A program made the translations under genes and the position numbers. From Mycobacteriaceae bacterium (GTDB lineage Bacteria > Actinomycetota > Actinomycetes > Mycobacteriales > Mycobacteriaceae): a stretch of 64,000 bases of DNA. The stretch covers positions 7,086 to 71,085 of the forward strand of contig JAFARC010000011.1 in assembly GCA_019245755.1 (NCBI GenBank), read 5' to 3'. The notes under the pieces were generated by a model. The model searched no databases and was not told the origin of the DNA. It was given only the letters and a program-made list of their open reading frames with translations. How positions within the stretch are numbered: the first letter of the stretch is position 1; the number at the start of each line of letters is the position of its first letter. Shown here in pieces: positions 55,725 through 64,000 of the stretch.

Positions 55725-56512
55725 CCCGGTGATCCGCTCAGCCTGCGGGCACCGACCGCCAGCACGACCACCGCCGCCACCGCCACCAGCAGCATGGACA
55801 GCGCCACCGCGGCATCCGGGTCGCTCTCCCGCTGGACATAGATCTCCAGCGGCAGCGTGCGGGTGATGCCCTGGCGGGAGCCGGCGAACGTCAATGTCGC
55901 GCCGAACTCGCCGAGCGCCCGCGCGAACGCGAGCACCGCCCCCGACACCAGCCCCGGGGCCAGCAGCGGCAGCGACACCCGCCACCACACCGTCGTCGGC
56001 CGGGCACCCAGCGTGGCCGCCACCGCCTCATACCGGCCGCCGGCGCTGCGGGCGGCCCCCTCCAGGGAGATGACCAGGAACGGCAATGACACGAACGTCT
56101 GCGCCAGCACCACCGCCGTCGTCGAGAACGCGATGTGGACCCCGGCGGCGTCCAGATAGCGGCCCAGCAGGCCGAGCTTGCCGAACGCGTACAGCAGCGC
56201 GATGCCGCCCACCACCGGCGGCAACACCAGCGGCAGCAGGATCAGCGGCCGCAGCAATCGCACCAGCCGGGCGCCGCTGCGGGCCAGGACCAGCGCCAGC
56301 GGCACGCCGAGCAGCAGACACAGCGCGGTGCTGGCGGCCGCGGTGCGCAGGCTCAGCAACAGCGCGATCCGCGAGGAGCGGGCCGTGATCAGCGTGCCGA
56401 ACTGCGGCCAGTTCACCCTGACCGCCATGGCGACCAGCGGCAGCGCGACGAACAGCGTGCCGAGTGCGGCGGGAACGTAGATCCACCGGGGCAGCCAGGA
56501 CCGCTGGTTCAA
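55721..56512 (-). CDS. modB: Molybdate ABC transporter permease
   Basis: 263 aa with 5-6 TMS. The EAA-loop-like ..[21 protein letters not shown].. is characteristic of CysTW/ModB-type permeases. Confidence 0.85.
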   Translation of the reverse strand: MNQRSWLPRWIYVPAALGTLFVALPLVAMAVRVNWPQFGTLITARSSRIALLLSLRTAAASTALCLLLGVPLALVLARSGARLVRLLRPLILLPLVLPPVVGGIALLYAFGKLGLLGRYLDAAGVHIAFSTTAVVLAQTFVSLPFLVISLEGAARSAGGRYEAVAATLGARPTTVWWRVSLPLLAPGLVSGAVLAFARALGEFGATLTFAGSRQGITRTLPLEIYVQRESDPDAAVALSMLLVAVAAVVVLAVGARRLSGSPG

Positions 56513-56660
56513 GGCCGGCGCCGCGTCATGATGCCAAACCTTAAGCAGGCCGAACTTTCGCCGCTAGCTACCGTCCAGTAACATCGTCGCGAACCGACGC
56601 GCCAATCCCGGGCGGCACCGTCACGGTGTGTCACGATCAACCTGAACACAGGAGGGCACA

Positions 56661-57335
56661 ATGGAGGTGCTGGTCACCGGTGGAGACACCGAGCTGGGAC
56701 GCGTGATCGCGCAGAACTTCCGCGACGGCGGACACCGGGTGCTGATCGCCGGCGCGCGGCGTGATGAACTGGAAATCGCGGCGAAGGAACTCGACGTCGA
56801 CGGCGTGGTCTGCGACAGCACCGACCCGGACAGCCTGGCCGAGGCGGTGCCGCTGCTGCCCCACCACCTCGACACCATCGTCAGCGTCCCGGCGCCGGTG
56901 TTCACCCCCGGTGATCCGCGTGCCTACACGCTGGCCGAACGGGCCGCGGCGTGGCGGAAAAACCTGGACGCGACGGTGCTGTCGGCGGTGTTGATGGTGA
57001 ACGCGATCGGCGACAACCTGCGCTCCGGGGGCACGATCATCAGCGTGGTGCCGGAGAACCCGTCGGCGGGCAGCGTGCAGGCCGCGGTCAAGGCCGCGCT
57101 GTCGGACTGGACGGCCGGGCAGGCGCAGTTCTTCGGCACCCGCGGCATCACGATCAACACCGTCGCCTCAGGCCGCGGGGCCGAACCCGGCTACGAGGGC
57201 CTGTCGACCGGGATCGCCGCCAACGCCGCCGGCGAGATCGCCCGGCTGGCGCTGTTTCTGAGCAGCCCGGCGGCCCGGCACATCACCGGCCAGACCCTGC
57301 ACGCCAGCCACGGCGCCCTGGCTCGCTGGGACTGA
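56661..57335 (+). CDS. Short-chain dehydrogenase/reductase-like protein (Rv1856c-like)
   Basis: MEVLVTGGDTELGRVIA.. (TGxxxxG Rossmann fold), 224 aa. Confidence 0.7.
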   Translation: MEVLVTGGDTELGRVIAQNFRDGGHRVLIAGARRDELEIAAKELDVDGVVCDSTDPDSLAEAVPLLPHHLDTIVSVPAPVFTPGDPRAYTLAERAAAWRKNLDATVLSAVLMVNAIGDNLRSGGTIISVVPENPSAGSVQAAVKAALSDWTAGQAQFFGTRGITINTVASGRGAEPGYEGLSTGIAANAAGEIARLALFLSSPAARHITGQTLHASHGALARWD

Positions 57336-57443
57336 ACAGCCCCAGGGTGGCGGTGGCAAACGCCACAGCCATTCGCGCGGTCGGGCGGCAACCGCCAGAC
57401 TACGGTAGAACTGTCCGCAGTCTTCGCCCGACGAGGAGCCAGC

Positions 57444-58826
57444 ATGAGCGCCCAGCCCGACGGTGCGGCTGCAGCCCAGCAGCGTCATCGGGTCGTCGTG
57501 ATCGGGTCCGGGTTCGGCGGTCTGACCGCCGTGAAGGCCCTCAAGCACGCCGACGTCGACATCAAGATGATCGCCCGCACTCAGCATCACCTGTTCCAGC
57601 CGCTGCTGTACCAGGTGGCGACCGGGATCATCTCCGAGGGCGAGATCGCCCCGGCGACCCGGGTAATCCTGCGCAGGCAGAAGAACGTCCAGGTGCTGCT
57701 CGGCGACGTGACCGGCATCGACCTGGCCGCCAAGACCGTGAAGTCCGAGTTGCTCGGGCACGCCTACATCACCCCGTACGACACGTTGATCCTGGCCGCG
57801 GGGGCCGGTCAGTCGTACTTCGGAAACGACCACTTCGCGGAGTTCGCGCCGGGCATGAAGACCATCGACGATGCGCTCGAGCTGCGGGGGCGCATCCTGT
57901 CGGTATTCGAGCAGGCCGAGCGGTCCAGCGATCCCAAGCGCCGGGAGAAGCTGCTGACCTTCACCGTGGTCGGCGCCGGGCCGACCGGCGTGGAGATGGC
58001 CGGGCAGATCGCCGAAATGGCCGATCACACCCTCAACGGCGCGTTCCGGCACATCGACACCACCAAGGCCCGGGTGATCCTGCTGGACGCGGCGCCCGCG
58101 GTGCTGCCGCCGATGGGCCCGAAGCTTGGCAAGAAGGCCCAGGAGCGGCTGGAGAAGATGGGCGTCGAAATCCAGCTCGGCGCGATGGTCACCGACGTGG
58201 ACCGCAACGGGCTGACCGTCAAGGATTCCGACGGCACCATCCGGCGCATCGAATCCACCTGCAAGGTGTGGTCGGCCGGCGTGTCGGCCAGCCCCCTGGG
58301 CAAGCAGCTCGCCGAGCAGTCGGCGGTCGAGCTGGACCGGGCCGGCCGCGTCAAGGTGCTGCCCGACCTGTCGGTGCCGGGCCACCCCAACGTGTTCGTG
58401 ATCGGCGACATGGCCGCGGTCGATCACGTGCCCGGCATGGCGCAGGGCGCCATCCAGGGCGCGAAATACGTTGCCGGGGTGGTCAAGTCGGAACTGCGGG
58501 GCGCCGACCCGGCCGAGCGGGAGCCGTTTTCGTACTTCGACAAGGGCTCGATGGCCACGGTGTCGCGGTTCAGCGCGGTGGCCCAGGTCGGCCCGCTGGA
58601 GTTCGGCGGCTTCATCGCGTGGCTGGCCTGGCTGGTGCTGCACCTGGTGTACCTGGTGGGCTTCAAGACCAAGATCACCACACTGATCTCGTGGACGGTG
58701 ACGTTCCTGAGCACCCACCGCGGCCAGCTGACGATCACCGAGCAGCAGGCGTTCGCCCGGACCCGCATCGAGCAGCTCGAGGAGATCGCGGCCACGGTCG
58801 ACAGCGAGGAGAAGGCGGCAAGCTAG
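57444..58826 (+). CDS. ndh: Type II NADH:quinone oxidoreductase (NDH-2)
   Basis: HRVVVIGSGFGGL and TFTVVGAGPTGVEMAG dinucleotide folds, plus a C-terminal membrane-anchoring helix region. 460 aa. Confidence 0.9.
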   Translation: MSAQPDGAAAAQQRHRVVVIGSGFGGLTAVKALKHADVDIKMIARTQHHLFQPLLYQVATGIISEGEIAPATRVILRRQKNVQVLLGDVTGIDLAAKTVKSELLGHAYITPYDTLILAAGAGQSYFGNDHFAEFAPGMKTIDDALELRGRILSVFEQAERSSDPKRREKLLTFTVVGAGPTGVEMAGQIAEMADHTLNGAFRHIDTTKARVILLDAAPAVLPPMGPKLGKKAQERLEKMGVEIQLGAMVTDVDRNGLTVKDSDGTIRRIESTCKVWSAGVSASPLGKQLAEQSAVELDRAGRVKVLPDLSVPGHPNVFVIGDMAAVDHVPGMAQGAIQGAKYVAGVVKSELRGADPAEREPFSYFDKGSMATVSRFSAVAQVGPLEFGGFIAWLAWLVLHLVYLVGFKTKITTLISWTVTFLSTHRGQLTITEQQAFARTRIEQLEEIAATVDSEEKAAS

Positions 58827-59257
58827 GCCGTCGGGTTACTGCGGGGGTTCTTCGGTGAGTCGTGGGTCAGGTTCTGCAGGCGCACCTGGCCGCGCGCCAC
58901 GACGCGGTCCTGGTCGTCGGTGATCGTCGTCAGCCACAGTTGGGTGCTGCGGCCGCGGTGAATCGGCGTGGAGGCCGCATACACCGGGCCGGATGAGAGC
59001 GAACGCAAAAAGTCGGTGTTGTTGTTGACCCCCACGACGGTGCCGCCGCCGTGCTCGGACAGCCAGGTCTGGCCGGCGACGCTGGACAGGCTCTCGACGA
59101 TCGCGCAGTACACCCCGCCGTGCACGATGCCCCATGGCTGCAACAGCCGGTCGGTGATCTGAAGTCGCGCCCGGGCGCCGTCCGGGGTGATGTCGAGGTA
59201 CGTCAGTCCGAGTTCGGTGTCGAAACCCCGGCCGAGATCGGATAGCTGCGAGGACAC
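58823..59257 (-). CDS. PaaI-type hotdog-fold thioesterase (Rv1847-like)
   Basis: ..QPWGIVHGGVYCAIVESL.. signature. Start set at the GTG at 59257 (144 aa), because longer starts would cover the blaI promoter region. Confidence 0.65.
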   Translation of the reverse strand: MSSQLSDLGRGFDTELGLTYLDITPDGARARLQITDRLLQPWGIVHGGVYCAIVESLSSVAGQTWLSEHGGGTVVGVNNNTDFLRSLSSGPVYAASTPIHRGRSTQLWLTTITDDQDRVVARGQVRLQNLTHDSPKNPRSNPTA

Positions 59258-59331
59258 CCTGCTGTGTCTACACGGCCGGGGACTCACCGGCGCGAGCGGG
59301 GCGGTTGTGACGGCCACGGGTGGCGGTTGCA

Positions 59332-59359
59332 TACGACGCGCAGTAGTAACCGAGTAGTA
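59332..59359. promoter_or_regulatory. Imperfect inverted repeat TACGAC-N5-GTAGTA plus a second GTAGTA copy upstream of blaI; candidate BlaI operator
   Basis: Read directly, 35-62 bp upstream of the blaI ATG. BlaI/MecI-family repressors autoregulate through TAC../..GTA-type palindromes. Confidence 0.3.
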
Positions 59360-59393
59360 GGCTTGACCCATCGCCGCAGGAGATGAACGGAAC

Positions 59394-59810
59394 ATGGCCA
59401 AGTTGACTCGATTGGGAGAGCTCGAACGAGCGGTCATGGACCACCTGTGGTCGGCGCCCGAGCCCCAGACCGTGCGCCAGGTGCACGAAGCACTGTCGGC
59501 GCAGCGTGAGCTGGCCTACACCACGATCATGACGGTGCTGCAGCGACTGGCGAAGAAGAACCTCGTCGTGCAGCACCGCGACGACCGGGCGCACCGTTAC
59601 GCCCCCACGCACGGCCGGGACGAGCTGGTCGCGGGGCTGATGGTCGATGCGCTCGACCAGGCCGCCGACTCCGGCAGCCGGCAGGCCGCGCTCGTGCACT
59701 TCGTCGAACGCGTCGGAGCCGACGAGGCGGCCGCGCTGCGGCGGGCGTTGGCCGAGCTGGAGGCCAAACACCGCATGCCGCCACCAAGTAGCGGTTCCGA
59801 CACCGGCTGA
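59394..59810 (+). CDS. blaI: BlaI/MecI-family penicillinase repressor
   Basis: ..ELERAVMDHLW....TVRQVHEAL......AYTTIMTVLQRLAKKNLV.. winged-helix signature, followed by blaR. Confidence 0.9.
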   Translation: MAKLTRLGELERAVMDHLWSAPEPQTVRQVHEALSAQRELAYTTIMTVLQRLAKKNLVVQHRDDRAHRYAPTHGRDELVAGLMVDALDQAADSGSRQAALVHFVERVGADEAAALRRALAELEAKHRMPPPSSGSDTG

Positions 59811-59824
59811 GAGAGACTTACAGC

Positions 59825-60781
59825 GTGACGTGGGGCATGTCGGGGCTGGCCTTCACTCTGGTCGCGCTGCTTTTGGTCGGGCCGATCCCAACGCTGTTGG
59901 CACGAGCGACCTGGCCGATGCGCGCGCCGCGCGCGGCGGTGGTGCTGTGGCAGTCCATCGCGCTGGCCGCCGTGCTGTCGGCGTTCAGCGCCGGCATCGC
60001 GATCGCCAGCCGGCTGCTCGTGCCCGGACCCGACGGGCGCCCCACCGCGACGGCAACCAGCGAGATCGCCGTGCTGGGCTGGCCGCTGTGGCTGGCCGCC
60101 GTGGGGGTTTTCGCGGTGACGGTGCTGATCGGGGCCCGGCTGGCCGTCGCCGTGCTGCAGGTCGCGATCGCCACCCGCCGGCGGCGGGCTCATCACCGGA
60201 TGCTCGTCGACCTGCTCGCCAGCACCGGTGACGGCGGCACCGCCTGGCCCCGGGCCAGCGGTCTTCGCATCCTCGGCGTGTCCGAGCCGCTGGCCTACTG
60301 CCTGCCCGGCGTGCGCAGCCGCGTGGTGGTCAGCGAAGGCACCCTGAAAACGTTGCAGCGCAATGAGATCGCCGCGATCCTGCGCCACGAGCGGGCGCAT
60401 CTGCGGGCCCGCCACGATTTGGTGCTGGAGATGTTCACCGCCGTGCATGCGGCGTTCCCGCGCTGGGTGCGCAGCGCCAGCGCGCTGGACGCCGTGCGGT
60501 TGCTGGTCGAGCTGCTCGCCGACGACGCCGCCGTCCGCGCCGCCGGTCCTGCTCCCCTGGCCCGGGCGCTGGTCGCCTGCGCGTCGGGACCTACCCCGTC
60601 GGGGGCGCTGGCCGCGGGCGGCCCGTCCACGGTGCTGCGGGTCCGCCGCCTTGGCGGCCGCCCCAACAGCCTGCTGCTGGCCGGCTGCGCGTACCTGGCC
60701 GCCGCGGCGGTGCTGGTCGTGCCGACGATCGCGCTCGCCGTGCCGTGGCTCACCGAGTTACACCGGCTGCTCGCAGTCTGA
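59825..60781 (+). CDS. blaR: BlaR1-type M56 zinc metalloprotease membrane sensor (lacking a penicillin-binding sensor domain)
   Basis: 4+ TMS and an HEXXH in AAILRHERAHLRARHD. 318 aa, similar in size to the M. tuberculosis BlaR I recall. GTG at 59825 or ATG at 59837. Confidence 0.85.
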   Translation: MTWGMSGLAFTLVALLLVGPIPTLLARATWPMRAPRAAVVLWQSIALAAVLSAFSAGIAIASRLLVPGPDGRPTATATSEIAVLGWPLWLAAVGVFAVTVLIGARLAVAVLQVAIATRRRRAHHRMLVDLLASTGDGGTAWPRASGLRILGVSEPLAYCLPGVRSRVVVSEGTLKTLQRNEIAAILRHERAHLRARHDLVLEMFTAVHAAFPRWVRSASALDAVRLLVELLADDAAVRAAGPAPLARALVACASGPTPSGALAAGGPSTVLRVRRLGGRPNSLLLAGCAYLAAAAVLVVPTIALAVPWLTELHRLLAV

Positions 60782-60832
60782 CGGCCTTCTGCACACGACA
60801 AGCCCTCCCGCACAACAAAAGAAAGGCGCCCG

Positions 60833-63753
<2,921 letters not shown>

Positions 63754-63807
63754 ACCACCCCCGGCAACGGGTACGCGATACGATGGGCACTCGATCGTGG
63801 GGTCGCC

Positions 63808-63823
63808 GGTCGGCGCCCCGACC
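63808..63823 (+). terminator. Short G/C hairpin (GGTCGG-cgcc-CCGACC) after guaB1
   Basis: Read directly, 55 bp after the stop. The stem is only 6 bp and there is no U-tract. Confidence 0.2.
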
Positions 63824-63898
63824 GAGTCGGACGGAAAGGGATCTCGTGCCGCAGGCCCCGGGGGCGCCCGGAAACGGCGGCTTCGACCCAGGGACGCG

Positions 63899-64000
63899 AT
63901 GAGCGTCGTGATGACGGTGCTCGCCGTCCTGGCCTTCGTGGTCCTGACGGCCGGCACCGCGATATTCGTGTGCGCCGAGTTCTCGCTCACCTCGCTGGAA
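63899..64000 (+). CDS. 5' end of a DUF21/CNNM (TlyC-like, CBS-domain) membrane protein (partial)
   Basis: MSVVMTVLAVLAFVVLTAGTAIFVCAEFSLTSLE.. The hydrophobic helix followed by AEF(S/A)L.SL is the DUF21 N-terminal signature. It runs off the window. Confidence 0.5.
   Translation, partial: MSVVMTVLAVLAFVVLTAGTAIFVCAEFSLTSLE

Noticed and set aside
56513-56660. Region upstream of modB, checked for a modA remnant or a Moco-type riboswitch
   Set aside because: 148 bp is too short for a modA remnant I could recognise, and there is no convincing conserved multi-stem structure visible by eye. It is reported only as the absence of modA.
57168-58718. 516-aa minus-strand ORF, and the 635-aa plus-strand ORF 56951..58858 in another frame
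   Set aside because: Both overlap ndh and the SDR gene. Only the ndh frame (57444..58826) has the two GxGxxG dinucleotide folds.

Overview
High-G+C, Mycobacterium-type chromosomal DNA. It is almost fully coding: about 60 protein genes. I found no rRNA, tRNA, CRISPR array, IS element or integrase.

Gene order, compared from memory with M. tuberculosis (not searched):
- The right-hand part (43.8-64 kb) looks collinear with the Rv1867 to Rv1842c block: thiolase-like, tandem CoA-transferase, CPBP protease, GAF-ANTAR, Zn-ADH, apa, modCB, SDR, ndh, blaI/blaR, gnd, guaB1.
- 14-31 kb carries pieces of the Rv1872c-Rv1879 block: lldD2, DUF1810, PPOX-like, the long Rv1877-type MFS, and glnA3 plus amidohydrolase.

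Blocks that look accessory or rearranged relative to that frame:
1. 0.1-6.8 kb: sulfotransferase-like, GT2, Fe/2OG dioxygenase, MshB-type deacetylase, PaaK-type adenylating ligase and MFS. This is my best candidate for an undescribed small-molecule pathway, with a glycosylate, de-N-acetylate, re-acylate logic.
2. 12.0-17.9 kb: a tightly packed minus-strand array of GT4, glnA3, amidohydrolase, DUF1275, HAD and sapM.
3. 19.4-22.9 kb: a DesT-like TetR next to a reductase and acyl-CoA desaturase module.
4. 31-37 kb: a 2H-phosphoesterase/HhH-GPD pair, then lon, TfoX-N, hemerythrin, TetR and DUF72.
5. 37.1-38.7 kb: an HNH/DUF222 (REP13E12-type) gene whose 3' end overlaps the DUF72 gene and appears to have rewritten its tail.
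6. 38.9-43.8 kb: MmpL, type III PKS, ICMT-type methyltransferase and flavoprotein. This resembles the alkylresorcinol / polyketide-quinone type of cluster.

Functions come from motifs I can read in the supplied translations plus recalled family knowledge. No database search was run, so orthology statements and start codons are provisional. The many long Arg/Gly/Pro-rich ORFs antisense to real genes are high-G+C artefacts and were rejected.
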